From contig CAVSTP010000004.1 of the NCBI GenBank assembly GCA_963730935.1, positions 832,001 through 896,000 of the forward strand: a stretch of 64,000 nt of DNA, given 5' to 3'. Below the pieces are notes generated by a model. It was given only the letters and a program-made list of their open reading frames with translations, did no database searches and was not told the DNA's origin. This document shows positions 49,623 to 60,216 of this stretch, piece after piece. Made by a program: the position numbers and the translations under genes. Source of the stretch: an uncultured Nitrospiraceae bacterium (GTDB taxonomy: Bacteria > Nitrospirota > Nitrospiria > Nitrospirales > Nitrospiraceae). Position 1 is the stretch's first letter. Every line of letters begins with the position of its first letter.

Positions 49623-49967
49623 ATGCGAAAGATCGTCATTAACAAGAGCTATGAACAATTTTGCGTCAGTCATAAGGCGTTCCTGCGTTTACGAGAACTT
49701 GGGCAGCGGGAAGCGCTGCAAGAAACCGATCTCGGGGCCTACTGGCCTGCTGCGTCAACACCCCAAGAACCGAAATTCAATCAGTGTGGGAAACTGATCC
49801 CGAGGGATGACCAGATGTTGGCCCAAGTGGTAGAGGAGCTCGGTGTGGATGCCAATGGATTTTGTGCTGAGTTGAAAGTGGTGGCGATTCCCGACGATGT
49901 CCGTTGGGAGATCCGATCGGTGGATGGGCAGGAGCAAGTCAGTGAGGTGCATCGTACGTGGGCATGA
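49623..49967 (+). CDS. Hypothetical protein
   Basis: MRKIVINK...RDD..L.QVVEELG..ANG...ELKVV.IPDDV.W. Confidence 0.7.
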   Translation: MRKIVINKSYEQFCVSHKAFLRLRELGQREALQETDLGAYWPAASTPQEPKFNQCGKLIPRDDQMLAQVVEELGVDANGFCAELKVVAIPDDVRWEIRSVDGQEQVSEVHRTWA

Positions 49968-50268
49968 GCACACGAAGAAGGCGCTGCACGGTGTTCATTC
50001 TGATCGATGGTTGAGGGAGGTGTGCAATGGCGGTAACTGGACGGGTTCAGAAAACTGGAAGCACGCCTAAACCAACGCGTCCCGCCGAAGACCTTACCTG
50101 TGATGAAAATCAGGTCGAGGATCTGTTGTCGGAAGGGGAATCGACCGACGCCGAGCATGACGGGAAGGAGACATCCAAGCAGACGGCATCGCGGAAGGGA
50201 ACATGAAAAGGGAGATATGAACTGTCGCCTGATCTAGGACTCGGTGTATATTCGGGAGGAGAAACCCA

Positions 50269-50478
50269 ATGTCTCAGCAGAAACCCATTACCGAGCAAAT
50301 CCTTAAATTTCTCCGAGATGTGCCTAAATGTGACTTCGAGGCCTTGGTGACTCGTTACCCGGAATTCTCCTGGAATGAGCTCTATCTTGAAGTGTCCCGC
50401 TTGAATCGCCACGGCCTGGTAAAAATTACGAGGGGCGTGGGGGTTTTCACCATTCAAGAAACCCCAGCTTTGCCGTAG
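50269..50478 (+). CDS. Small wHTH-like protein (paralog of 37230-37475)
   Basis: Shared motif; GGAGGAG RBS. Confidence 0.6.
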   Translation: MSQQKPITEQILKFLRDVPKCDFEALVTRYPEFSWNELYLEVSRLNRHGLVKITRGVGVFTIQETPALP

Positions 50479-50491
50479 TCCAAAATTGTTA

Positions 50492-50525
50492 TCGGGAACC
50501 GTTTCCCACGCGCACGGTAGACCGG
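50492..50525 (+). repeat. Degenerate array repeat copy
   Basis: TCGGGAACCGTTTCCCACGCGCACGGTAGACCGG. Confidence 0.55.
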
Positions 50526-50661
50526 CGCTTCCCTCCCCCATTGCGTCGGTTAGCACTGCATCTCATCACCATTCATTTCTGCAACTCACATTTTCTAGGT
50601 TCACCATCTGACTCGTGCTAGACTCCTCCCAGTCGCTTTCATTTTCCATCGAGGTACCTTC

Positions 50662-51756
50662 ATGAACGCGCAATTGCTGCAGCTAGCACAGCAGATGCCC
50701 AAGGCCGAGCTGCATTTGCATATCGAAGGCAGTCTGGAACCGGAGATGGTGTTCCGTCTTGCCGAGCGCAATGGCATACGACTGAATTATCCCGACGTGG
50801 ACTCGCTGCGTGCCGCTTACGCCTTCAACAATCTCCAGGAGTTTCTGGACATCTATTACACCGGCATGTCAGTCCTGCGGAAGGAGGAGGATTTTTACGA
50901 ACTCACATGGGCGTACCTGAAGCGGGTGCATCAGGACAACGTGGTCCATGTGGAAATGTTCTTTGATGCGCAGATGCATCTGGAGCGTGGCATTCCGCTT
51001 AACGTTCAGGTCGGCGGTATTCGCCGTGCGCTGCAGGATGGTAAGGAGCAGCTGGGCATCAGCTCCAAGCTCATTTTGTCATTCCTGCGTCATCTGTCGG
51101 AAGCGCACGCCTTTGAAACCCTGAAGCTCGCCCAACCCTTTCTGCATCAACTGGATGGCTTCGGGCTGGATTCCTCGGAACTCGGCCACCCACCCGAGAA
51201 GTTTGCCCGAGTGTTCGCCAGGTGCAGGGAACTGGGTTTTAAGATCACCGCCCATGCCGGTGAGGAAGGCCCGCCGGACTATGTCTCTCAGGCGCTGGAT
51301 CTGCTGCAGGTGGATCGCATCGATCACGGTAACCACTCGTTGGACGATCCTGCGCTGGTGCAACGTCTGACTGATGAAGGCAAAACTCTCACGGTCTGCC
51401 CACTGTCCAATCTCAAGCTCCGTGTGGTAACGCACCTGGATCAGCACCCGATACTGACAATGCTTCAACGGGGTCTGAAGGCGACCATCAACTCAGATGA
51501 TCCTGCCTATTTCGGCGGGTACGTGAACGACAATTACCGCGCACTCCTTGAGCACCTTCCAGTCACCGGCGAAGACCTCTACCAATTGGCACGCAATTCC
51601 TTTGACGGCGCCTGGGTGAGTGAAGAAGAGAAAACCACGCACCTGAATGAACTCAACCGAATGTTTGGGAGAACAAATCACGGGGACATTCGGAACTTCT
51701 CGGCGCGTGCGGAAAAGAAAAGTGGGACGAGAACGGGGACCTTCGGGGCCTTCTGA
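50662..51756 (+). CDS. add: Adenosine/adenine deaminase; C-terminus reads through repeat
   Basis: [41 protein letters not shown]. Confidence 0.9.
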   Translation: MNAQLLQLAQQMPKAELHLHIEGSLEPEMVFRLAERNGIRLNYPDVDSLRAAYAFNNLQEFLDIYYTGMSVLRKEEDFYELTWAYLKRVHQDNVVHVEMFFDAQMHLERGIPLNVQVGGIRRALQDGKEQLGISSKLILSFLRHLSEAHAFETLKLAQPFLHQLDGFGLDSSELGHPPEKFARVFARCRELGFKITAHAGEEGPPDYVSQALDLLQVDRIDHGNHSLDDPALVQRLTDEGKTLTVCPLSNLKLRVVTHLDQHPILTMLQRGLKATINSDDPAYFGGYVNDNYRALLEHLPVTGEDLYQLARNSFDGAWVSEEEKTTHLNELNRMFGRTNHGDIRNFSARAEKKSGTRTGTFGAF

Positions 51757-51777
51757 GATTGTCGCAAGGCGGGCCGG
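51680..51777 (+). repeat. Two tandem degenerate repeat copies
   Basis: ACGGGGACATTCGGAACTTCTCGGCGCGTGCGG, then AACGGGGACCTTC...GGCGGGCCGG. Confidence 0.65.
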
Positions 51778-51912
51778 CTAATCCGTTGCATCTCCGTCGC
51801 CACCTCTCGATTTTCAATGGACCTGCAGGTCTAAAAAATTGAAATCCCTCGGCTTCAGCCAATTGTCCCGACATGCTAATCGGATTCACTGTTGCCACCA
51901 TTGGGGAGATCC

Positions 51913-52692
51913 ATGATGTCGGACCAGGAGCGCGTGCGCGTCTTCGACTCTCAAGGCGAGGCGTACAAACAGGCCTTTCAAATCTTCCTCGACCATACAG
52001 ACCAGAAGCGGAATGCCAGGCGCTGGCTCCAGCAGGTCGTGGACCGTTTACCGGCGCGCAAAGTCTTTATCGACGCCGGCGCAGGTAACGGCGAGGTCAC
52101 TCGCACCTTCGCTGATGCGTTTGAGCGCACCATTGCGATTGAGCCGAATGTCTACTTACTGAAGCAGTTGCAACAGGCAGTTCCGGCCGCCGAGGCCATC
52201 GGCCAACCGATCATGACGGCCCAACCGGCCGTGCGGGGCGATCTGGTCCTTTGCTCCCATACGTTCTATTACATTCCGGCCGAGGACTGGCTCCCACACC
52301 TTGAGCGCCTCGTCTCGTGGATGTCGCCGACCGGTGTCACCATCGTCGTCCTCCAACACCGCGAAAGCGGATGCATGAACATGGTCCATCATTTTCTCGG
52401 ACACCGTTTCGAACTGCGCCGAACCGCCGACTTGTTTCGCATGAAACACGGGGATCGGTACGACGTCGTGACGACGCTCGATCCCGCAAACGTGGTGACC
52501 CCCGACCTGCCCAAAACCTATGCGGTGGCGGAATTCATGCTCAATCTGTTGGACGTTAAAGATGCGCCTACCAGGCAGCAAGTGGAAGCCTATCTCCAGA
52601 CGAACTTCGCGTCTTCCGACGGCGGTTACCAGATTCCAGTGCACCAAGACTTTTTGCAGATCCATGCCAGGGTGCCAGCTGGCACTGCCTAA
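51913..52692 (+). CDS. Class I SAM-dependent methyltransferase
   Basis: FIDAGAGNG, IEPN, DLVLCSH. Confidence 0.8.
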   Translation: MMSDQERVRVFDSQGEAYKQAFQIFLDHTDQKRNARRWLQQVVDRLPARKVFIDAGAGNGEVTRTFADAFERTIAIEPNVYLLKQLQQAVPAAEAIGQPIMTAQPAVRGDLVLCSHTFYYIPAEDWLPHLERLVSWMSPTGVTIVVLQHRESGCMNMVHHFLGHRFELRRTADLFRMKHGDRYDVVTTLDPANVVTPDLPKTYAVAEFMLNLLDVKDAPTRQQVEAYLQTNFASSDGGYQIPVHQDFLQIHARVPAGTA

Positions 52693-52731
52693 TTGCAACA
52701 CGTTGTTATACGAAAATGCTAATTCCGTGGA

Positions 52732-53130
52732 TTAACTTTTGGCTTTGGACTTGTTCAGCGTCACGGCGGCGCGAACGAGAGTCTTCAACGCCTCTTCGTC
52801 TATCGTCTCGCCCTCGTGGAAGTCGATGGCACGCCTGGTGTTCCCGTCAAGACTGGAGTTGAAAAGGCGCGACGGATCCTTCAGAGCCGCCCCTTTGGCG
52901 AAGGTCATCTTCACCACGGTCTTGTACGTCTCGCCTGTGCAGATCAATCCGTTGTGCGACCACACCGGAACCCCTCTCCACTTCCACTCCTCGACAACGT
53001 CGGGATCGGCATTCTTGACTAAGCCACGGAGCCTGCTGAGCATCTTGCCCCGCCAGTCGCCTAGCTCCTTGATTCTCGCGTCTATCAGCTGAGAAGGAGA
53101 CTTGCTTTTCTGCGACCCGCTCTTCTTCAT
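52732..53130 (-). CDS. DUF1801 (YdhG-like) protein
   Basis: EEWKWRGVPVW, TFAKGAAL.DP..LFN. Confidence 0.85.
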   Translation of the reverse strand: MKKSGSQKSKSPSQLIDARIKELGDWRGKMLSRLRGLVKNADPDVVEEWKWRGVPVWSHNGLICTGETYKTVVKMTFAKGAALKDPSRLFNSSLDGNTRRAIDFHEGETIDEEALKTLVRAAVTLNKSKAKS

Positions 53131-53237
53131 CCCCGTTTCAGCTCCTTCGTCCCCGAGGCAGTTCATGCGTTCCCATGGGCGCCGGCTCATGCACTCACAT
53201 CACTGCGTCCGCACGAGCCCCGAACTGGGGCTGACTC

Positions 53238-53831
53238 TCAATTCAGAGAATTGAGATCCGATGCCCGCAAGAAAGACAGCAATTCCGGAATGGCCATCAC
53301 GAAGAGATCAAACACCGAACCATCACCTGCAGAACTCAATGTACACTTTGATACAAAATCGACCGGAATTTCGAGGATTAGTGATGCCTTTGCTCTCGGC
53401 TCGAGCGATATGAGGATGTGAAAGTTCTTCTGGCGGGTCAAATACTTTTCTATGTGGTCCGCCGAGGCGTATCCCACATAATACACGATCCCATCCAAAT
53501 GCTTATGAATTTCCAAGGTCGGACTGTTCGTGCGAGCGGCGCTTACGGTCTGAGCATCGCATGTTGCGAAACCGTATGTTCCATTTACCACCTCCCGTGC
53601 GCGTGCGCCGTTCTCCATTGCCGTCAAAGGTCTCAGATGATGTCTTTCCCGGAGTGCAAGTATCTCTTCCGGGACGTCTTGGCCCTTAGGCACCGATGCA
53701 CCGCTCTGCTTGTTGTGTGTTTTCCAGATCATGTCTAAGTGTAATGGGCCCGTCATTTTGGGAAGCAAGTAATACTCCAATACGCCCAATACAAGCAGGA
53801 ACATTATCAGATATGAGTACCACCGTTTCAT
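53238..53831 (-). CDS. Hypothetical membrane-anchored protein
   Basis: N-terminal TM segment. Confidence 0.6.
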   Translation of the reverse strand: MKRWYSYLIMFLLVLGVLEYYLLPKMTGPLHLDMIWKTHNKQSGASVPKGQDVPEEILALRERHHLRPLTAMENGARAREVVNGTYGFATCDAQTVSAARTNSPTLEIHKHLDGIVYYVGYASADHIEKYLTRQKNFHILISLEPRAKASLILEIPVDFVSKCTLSSAGDGSVFDLFVMAIPELLSFLRASDLNSLN

Positions 53832-54279
53832 AACTCTCGCTTATCTGGTCTATCAGATTACCGACCATACTAAGACCTCTTTTCAGAATAAGAAATGGGG
53901 GGGCAGCCAGTGACCGGAGGGCCGTCAGCAATATCTGTGTGGACGTATGTACCGCCGAGGTTCGCGTCAATGAACGGAGTCACTGGTCCCGCAAGAAAAT
54001 TATACGTGGTGACCATGGCAAAGGTATTCGTTTCAACCGTTCCACTCTGTGAGCGTGGCCCAGCAGAGCAAGAAACGGACCCGCTACTTTTCTCACTTAG
54101 AGTCGTCCTTGCCGCCTCAATTGCAACTCTCGATCAGCGGATCGTAGGTTCGCTACTTCGGCACCGTCGATCGCGTCAGTAACCATTCCACTAGACTTTT
54201 CAACGATCGGTGAACATTGTGAATCTGCTTTGCCGTCGAGTAGCGAGCTGCTATCGTTCACGTGGCAGGAGACAAGTCG

Positions 54280-54603
54280 ATGGGTTTCAAACGGAAGTCA
54301 TCCCGGATCGAGGTGGGCAAGCCAGGCCGATTGCATCGTGGGTCTCTTTCAGCACCCTGCCAAGTGATGAATGTCAGCGAGACTGGAGTGAGGTTACAAA
54401 GCCGCTTGTTCGTCAAGAACGGCGATGTGCTCCAGCTTTCGATTGAACTCGATGCCGGCCGACAACTGGACTGCGAGATACAGGTAAGCAACGTACGCCC
54501 TCAGCACTTTGGCGCGAAGATTCTTTCAATCACTCCCGACGATAGGGAGCGTTTGTCCCATATCCTTGACGATCACTTGCAGACCCGCCTTTCACGCGGA
54601 TAG
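54280..54603 (+). CDS. PilZ domain protein
   Basis: KRKSSR, NVSETG. Confidence 0.75.
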   Translation: MGFKRKSSRIEVGKPGRLHRGSLSAPCQVMNVSETGVRLQSRLFVKNGDVLQLSIELDAGRQLDCEIQVSNVRPQHFGAKILSITPDDRERLSHILDDHLQTRLSRG

Positions 54604-54642
54604 AGACCGGGATTTCCATGCCCCTCATCGGTCTGTAGACGT

Positions 54643-55002
54643 TCACCGACTCGAATGCTCGGCAGCTGTGTCGCCGGTTACGCGATTCGACCCGCTGTAG
54701 AATTGGTTCAATCGCTCGCTAATATCACCCTGTGCAATCGGTTTTTCCATCTGTCCAGACCTCAGCCGCTCTTCAACTGTCTGAGTCCGATCGGGCGGCA
54801 CCGGTAGCTGTTTCGGCTTGCCCGCTGATGGCGTCCGTACCGTCGCATTGGGAGCCGCCTTTCGTAGCACCCCCGGCTGACTTCCACTAGAAGCCAAATC
54901 CCCGTCTGGTTCTGAGGCCGCGATGCTCTGGGACTCTATTGATATCGTGATGCTGACGAGGCTCAACGTCATTACGCATAGGAACGCGGTTGTGGCATTC
55001 AT
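54643..55002 (-). CDS. Exported hypothetical protein
   Basis: Signal peptide. Confidence 0.5.
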   Translation of the reverse strand: MNATTAFLCVMTLSLVSITISIESQSIAASEPDGDLASSGSQPGVLRKAAPNATVRTPSAGKPKQLPVPPDRTQTVEERLRSGQMEKPIAQGDISERLNQFYSGSNRVTGDTAAEHSSR

Positions 55003-55158
55003 GACTCATGCCTCCACGTTTGTCCCAAAACAAGAAACTCCCACCGGCTTTGCGCCCGTAGGAGCCCTCCGCCGGTCAGCTTTGCTCTTTATTACGCTAC
55101 TCCTCCCTGACCGTAGCCGTCAATTCTGCAAACTCGTGTGCCTCGAGCTGTGCAGTCG

Positions 55159-55197
55159 AACGGTATCAGACGTCGTTCGCGCCGCGTGACGGACCCG
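55159..55197 (+). repeat. Degenerate array repeat copy
   Basis: AACGGTATCAGACGTCGTTCGCGCCGCGTGACGGACCCG. Confidence 0.55.
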
Positions 55198-55434
55198 TCT
55201 TATCGCCTCAATCTGCGTTTGTTAGTCACTTCGGGACCTATGCTCCTCAGAGTTAATTCTGGGATTCCCCCTAGGGCCGACCCTCTCGCGAGGGCCTACA
55301 TCAGCTTGGGAGAATCCGCTCCCAATCTCTCTCGCGCGTCAGAAGGATCCCCTCGGAGCTGTCCACCTGACGGCCCATTGAACCGTGGATTTCACCCGTC
55401 GACTCTTCCGTTCGTTGGGCGTACATGGTTAGCC

Positions 55435-55614
55435 ATGATGCAATCGGTACATTCAGAACCGCTCGGCATGCGCTGTTGGAAATGTCACGCCCCGCTCAAG
55501 GATGAGACAGTCGTCGATCTGAACAGTGGCCTGTCCATTCGACAGTTCGTGTGTCTCGGCTGCGGCCGCCGGTGGTTTAGCGGTGAGCGGCCACGACCGG
55601 CGATCGCAGCGTAA
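55435..55614 (+). CDS. Small Zn-ribbon protein
   Basis: CWKC...CLGC. Confidence 0.45.
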   Translation: MMQSVHSEPLGMRCWKCHAPLKDETVVDLNSGLSIRQFVCLGCGRRWFSGERPRPAIAA

Positions 55615-55751
55615 AAGTCTTCAAACGGCGCAAGCCAAGTGGCCGCCCGTCGTTTGGTCTCCTCCTTACGTTCCGAGGCGGAGTATAGTTCTCCCTTCGA
55701 CGTTTTCCTGCATTCTGTAGAAGCGCGTACTTATTCTTTATAAGGGGTGCA

Positions 55752-56069
55752 ATGATGAACATACGCATGATTCTCATCCTCACGCTATGTCTTCTCTTCT
55801 CCGTCAGTGCGACTGTCACGACCAGTGATGCGACGACCATCTTCGGCGGAAGCAGAATCATGGCCATCGATCAGGACCAGCGCACGATCACGTTTAAGAC
55901 AAAAGAAGGAGAGACCTGGACATTGCCAGTGACTGATCCCAACCTCTTGAATCGGCAACCAATCGCCAAAGGCGATCAAGTCACCATCGAAATTGATCTG
56001 AACGACCGGATTACCAATTGTCGTCAAGGCTTCGGAGGTGCCCACTGCTCCGAAACAGAGGATCGATGA
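55752..56069 (+). CDS. Exported hypothetical protein
   Basis: Signal peptide; KGDQVTIE. Confidence 0.55.
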   Translation: MMNIRMILILTLCLLFSVSATVTTSDATTIFGGSRIMAIDQDQRTITFKTKEGETWTLPVTDPNLLNRQPIAKGDQVTIEIDLNDRITNCRQGFGGAHCSETEDR

Positions 56070-56155
56070 CCGATACAGCGATCCAATCGACGACAATCTA
56101 AGCCACTTTCCGGCGTCTTATCGGTGAAGATGGGTTGGATGAAAGGAGACGCCTT

Positions 56156-57016
56156 ATGCCATACGTGACAGTCGGGAAAGAACGCTCCGCCAACATCGAG
56201 TTGTACTATGAAGATCACGGTACCGGTAAGCCGGTCGTGTTGATCCATGGATACCCATTGAGCGGCGCATCGTGGGAAAAGCAGCTTCCGGCGCTGCTGA
56301 ATGCTGGTTACCGAGTCATCACCTATGATCGACGAGGCTTTGGCAAATCCAGCCAACCGACCGGGGGCTACAACTATGACACGTTTGCAGAAGACCTTCA
56401 CACGCTGATCACCCACCTCAAGCTGCAAGACTTCACGCTGGTGGGATTCTCGATGGGCGGCGGGGAAATCGCGCGTTACTTCGGGAAGTACCGGTCCCAC
56501 GGAGCAAGCAAGGCTGTCATCATCGGTGGCGTACCTCCTTTCTTACTCAAAACCGACGACAACCCCGAAGGCGTGGACGGGACCGTGTTCGAGGGCATTC
56601 AAAAAGCCGTGGCCGCGGACCGCTACGCCTTCTTCACCGAGTTCTTCAAGAATTTCTACAATACCGATCTGCTTCTCGGGAAACACGTGAGCGATGAAGT
56701 GGTGCGCGCCAGTTGGAACGTTGCAGCCGGGGCATCTCCGACAGCGAGTTTGGCGTGTGTTCCAACTTGGCATGAAGACTTTAGGCAAGATCTGGCCCAC
56801 GTGGACGTGCCGACGCTGGTGATCCATGGTGACAATGACCGGATAGTGCCAATTACGGCGGCGGGCCAACGGACGGCCAAACTCATCAAAGGAGCTCGGC
56901 TGGTGGTGGTGAAGGGAGGCCCACACTGCATTACCTGGACACACGCTGAGGAAGTCACTGCCGAATTAGTGAAATTTCTCGGCGAAGAGCGCAAACCGAT
57001 GCGCGAAGTGGCTTAG
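56156..57016 (+). CDS. Non-heme haloperoxidase/arylesterase (alpha/beta hydrolase)
   Basis: LIHGYPL, YDRRGFG, GFSMGGG, HGDND. Confidence 0.9.
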   Translation: MPYVTVGKERSANIELYYEDHGTGKPVVLIHGYPLSGASWEKQLPALLNAGYRVITYDRRGFGKSSQPTGGYNYDTFAEDLHTLITHLKLQDFTLVGFSMGGGEIARYFGKYRSHGASKAVIIGGVPPFLLKTDDNPEGVDGTVFEGIQKAVAADRYAFFTEFFKNFYNTDLLLGKHVSDEVVRASWNVAAGASPTASLACVPTWHEDFRQDLAHVDVPTLVIHGDNDRIVPITAAGQRTAKLIKGARLVVVKGGPHCITWTHAEEVTAELVKFLGEERKPMREVA

Positions 57017-57049
57017 CTCAAGCAACGCGGGTTTCAGTTCCACCCGACA

Positions 57050-58255
57050 CTAGCCTTCCTCACTGAGATCGGAAGGCAAAGCGGTTTTTCTTGGGACTTG
57101 CGTTCCAGGACTGACTAGGTGGATTGGTAAAAAGGATTTGGCTGCGATGATTGTGGGTACCACGGCACTGGCAATGACCGCTGCGACCAGAAAGGAGTAC
57201 TGCTCTTCAGTTACCAACCCGTGAGACAAGCCAAAAAGGGCTGAAATCGTCCCAAAGGTCAACCCCGTGGACATTAACAGAGTGTAGAACCATCGTTCCT
57301 TGGGATGCTGACGAAACACGCTAATCAGGGGATACAGTCCCAAAATCTTAGCTGCCAACTTTCCAGCCAATAGCGAGAAGAAAACGAACGGGGCAGTCAG
57401 CAAGGCTGGAAGCGAGACCAACGTGCCCGCCCGGAGAAAATAAAAAGGCGTTAAAAATCCCACGGTCAGCGTACGAAGACGGCGCATCCAATGAACATCC
57501 TTGGCCGCTCCTCCGGCCAAGACCATTCCGGCGAGATACGCTGGTAAGACTGCTTCACTGCCCGACCAAAGCGCGAGCGCGCCAAGCCCGAATAGCATCA
57601 ACATGACCCACTTCGTACGGATTGCCGCCGTACGGTGACCGTAACGATCGGTCAGCCAATTAATACTGCCGGGAAGCACCCCTAGAACAATGGCTGTAGC
57701 GGCGATGAACACAACGGTTTTATAGGTGAACGGAGAGAACAGGAGCCCGAGCGCAACAACTGTTCCGAGGTCGTTAATGAAGCATGCGCCGAGTATCCCC
57801 TTGCCAAATTCTGTTTGATTCAAACCGCTTTCCAACATCACGGTATAGACAACCGCCATGGATGTCGTAGAAAGCGCAATGCCCGCCAACCAACTGGCAT
57901 CGGTGTTCCAACCAAGTCCGTAGTGCGCCAATGCAGCACATCCAAAGAAAGGCGCGAAAAATCCAACGAGGCCGACGATGTTCACTTCCGCTATTTTTTT
58001 CCGCATGACGTGAGGATCCAGTTCGGCTCCCGCAAGAAAGGTCAACAAGACGGCGCCCACGGCGGCCAAAAAGCGGAGCCATTCCGAATTGGCGGCAAGA
58101 AGATGCGTGCCGTCGAAAGCAGCTAACACCGAGGCGGCGGCTACACCAACGCAGATCTCAACCAGGGCTATTGAAAGACGAAGTGCCGACGCGAGGAGCG
58201 CGGATAAGACAGCGAGGAACAGCCAACAAGCGGCGATCGTGAAGGGATGTTCCAT
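57050..58255 (-). CDS. Cation:proton antiporter (CPA family), likely fluoride-related
   Basis: Many TM segments; LTFLAGAE, STTSMAVV, FINDLGTV; downstream of fluoride riboswitch. Confidence 0.8.
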   Translation of the reverse strand: MEHPFTIAACWLFLAVLSALLASALRLSIALVEICVGVAAASVLAAFDGTHLLAANSEWLRFLAAVGAVLLTFLAGAELDPHVMRKKIAEVNIVGLVGFFAPFFGCAALAHYGLGWNTDASWLAGIALSTTSMAVVYTVMLESGLNQTEFGKGILGACFINDLGTVVALGLLFSPFTYKTVVFIAATAIVLGVLPGSINWLTDRYGHRTAAIRTKWVMLMLFGLGALALWSGSEAVLPAYLAGMVLAGGAAKDVHWMRRLRTLTVGFLTPFYFLRAGTLVSLPALLTAPFVFFSLLAGKLAAKILGLYPLISVFRQHPKERWFYTLLMSTGLTFGTISALFGLSHGLVTEEQYSFLVAAVIASAVVPTIIAAKSFLPIHLVSPGTQVPRKTALPSDLSEEG

Positions 58256-58333
58256 GTAGAGTCCTCCGAAGGAATTTATGAACATGCCGCCTGTGTGGAG
58301 TGGCAAACACCTACGCAGACAGCTTCCTCTGTC

Positions 58334-58390
58334 GCGTAGGAGTCATCAGCCACTGCAGTGGCGGTTATCCGGGGGACTCCATCCCCTATC
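58334..58390 (-). ncRNA. Fluoride riboswitch (crcB motif)
   Basis: Minus strand GGGGATGGAGTCCCCCGGATAACCGCCACTGCAGTGGCTGATGACTCCTAC fits the GGxGAUGGxGUxCxCC...AAC...GCUGAUGACuCCUAC consensus. Confidence 0.85.
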
Positions 58391-58468
58391 TTTGCACTAT
58401 ATCTGTATCGACAAATGGTATCAATTCGAGTCAGAGTTCAGCCATAATTGCGTCTTCAGTGTTGTGAC

Positions 58469-58837
58469 CTATGTCCATCGACTCTCTGGACCTCCACCCA
58501 GGCGTGCGATGTCGGCATATTTCACGACTAGGTCAGCCAACCGTATTCCAGTGCGCTCCCCGTCAGCCAGAAAATCGCGCTTAGCCGCCTTCCACGCCTG
58601 TGTCCACTGATCCTCAGATGCCTCGATGTGGTAATACAACTCAAGCGTCGAGACGGCCTGGTCCGCCTCCTGCTCAGAGAGTCCCAACTCCTGCATGAGA
58701 TCGTTTCTCTGCTTTTTCCTTATCTCAATGTACTGTTGCACCAGGGATTTCACGTCATCGTTCATCGGTGCGCTCCTCGACTGCATATCGGTTGATCGTC
58801 CTTCACCGTCCGCAGCACCCATCAGGTAGCACTCCAC
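58469..58837 (-). CDS. Hypothetical protein
   Basis: 122-aa ORF. Confidence 0.45.
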   Translation of the reverse strand: MECYLMGAADGEGRSTDMQSRSAPMNDDVKSLVQQYIEIRKKQRNDLMQELGLSEQEADQAVSTLELYYHIEASEDQWTQAWKAAKRDFLADGERTGIRLADLVVKYADIARLGGGPESRWT

Positions 58838-58841
58838 GGTC

Positions 58842-59192
58842 TTAGAACACCATCACGTGATCGACCAGAAATGTGTCATCCTTTTCGACAAGGAGCATTT
58901 CGGCGACGAATTCACCAGGCGCCTTCGTGAACCACTGCTTCCAGATAATCGCCACTGCGCCAGGGCGTTTGAACACGGCGACAGGCTCCCGCCGCGAGAA
59001 ATAACCCTTCTCCCGCTGGTACTTCTCACAGACCTTCTGAAGGTACTCCTTTGTCACGAGCGTCTTCATTCTTTCGCTGAAGTCTCGAATGTGCCGCCCA
59101 TGATCGATTGCAGTCGATGCATCCATGAGATTGTCCATGATCGGATTGGCGACATGGAGGATTTCCTCATCAGACATTCTTTCCAGAGTCAT
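58842..59192 (-). CDS. Conserved hypothetical protein
   Basis: ANPIMDNLMDAST.ID...H.RDFS. Confidence 0.7.
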   Translation of the reverse strand: MTLERMSDEEILHVANPIMDNLMDASTAIDHGRHIRDFSERMKTLVTKEYLQKVCEKYQREKGYFSRREPVAVFKRPGAVAIIWKQWFTKAPGEFVAEMLLVEKDDTFLVDHVMVF

Positions 59193-59380
59193 TTGTCTCT
59201 CCAGTCAGTGCTACCGAACGCCCCCGGCTTCCTACCAAAAATGATGTGTGTGACAAGGTCTCAGGAACCTAAAAGAGACAAGAACATTAGGACAGGTCAG
59301 TGCGGCAGCGATAGTTTGTGACCTATCTACTGTGATACGGTTGCCACAGAGAAACGGCCGACACCCACGGAGGAGTCACC

Positions 59381-59812
59381 ATGATGCATGTTCTGTTTAT
59401 CGCGATCAGCTTGTTGAGCGCGAGCCAGGTTTTTGCTCAAGAACAGTCCTGTGGCTCGCAAGCCATGATGACCATGACCAAAGCAGACGGCTCGAAGTTA
59501 GGTCTCTTCATTTCCTTCGCACAAATATCCAGTTCGCCACCCTGGACACCGGAAGCAGGCGAGCCACCACTCGCCTTATCAAAGGCCGTACAACTCGCGA
59601 CGGAGTGGGCAAAAAAGGAATACAAGCGGTTTGACGGTGTTCAGGTTCGGAGTATCAATGTGACGGCGTACGGGTGCCCCGCGCCAAAAGACCGCTGGTA
59701 TTACACAGTTCACTTCGCACCTATCATGGATACGATTCCCCTGCTCGTCCCTGGCTATTTCGTTGCTGTCCTGATGGACGGCACGATCATCGGGCCCACG
59801 ACGGTGAAGTAA
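59381..59812 (+). CDS. Exported hypothetical protein
   Basis: Signal peptide; PPL..SKA, VLMDGT. Confidence 0.65.
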   Translation: MMHVLFIAISLLSASQVFAQEQSCGSQAMMTMTKADGSKLGLFISFAQISSSPPWTPEAGEPPLALSKAVQLATEWAKKEYKRFDGVQVRSINVTAYGCPAPKDRWYYTVHFAPIMDTIPLLVPGYFVAVLMDGTIIGPTTVK

Positions 59813-59823
59813 ATTGAGAGACG

Positions 59824-60216
59824 CTACTGGCGCAGCTTGGCTAGAACCGCAGCAGGGTCCCAGTAGGCCCATAACGACGTGATCCGGCCCGCCTCATTGA
59901 ATTCGAATACGTCGATGCCGGCCACCTCCACAGGCTTCAGATTCTTCCCGATGGCCTTGCCCCGGAACACGACCGCTGCGCGATTGCTCGCCGGATGCAC
60001 CGAGTCCGCTTGAATGCTGACGTCTTGAACCGCGTGTGCAATGCCCCCAAAGAACTCCCGCAACGCGCTTGCACCCTCACGCGGCGTACTCCCGTATGGA
60101 TCATGTACAACCGCCTTCTCATCAAAACAGGCCACATACGCAGAGGGATCGAGACTGCACCAGGCAGCGAAGTAGCGGTCTACGGCATCCGACATCTGTT
60201 TTGGAGAAAGAGGCAT
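59824..60216 (-). CDS. SnoaL/NTF2-like protein
   Basis: AVVHDPYG, GIDVFEFNEAGRI. Confidence 0.8.
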   Translation of the reverse strand: MPLSPKQMSDAVDRYFAAWCSLDPSAYVACFDEKAVVHDPYGSTPREGASALREFFGGIAHAVQDVSIQADSVHPASNRAAVVFRGKAIGKNLKPVEVAGIDVFEFNEAGRITSLWAYWDPAAVLAKLRQ

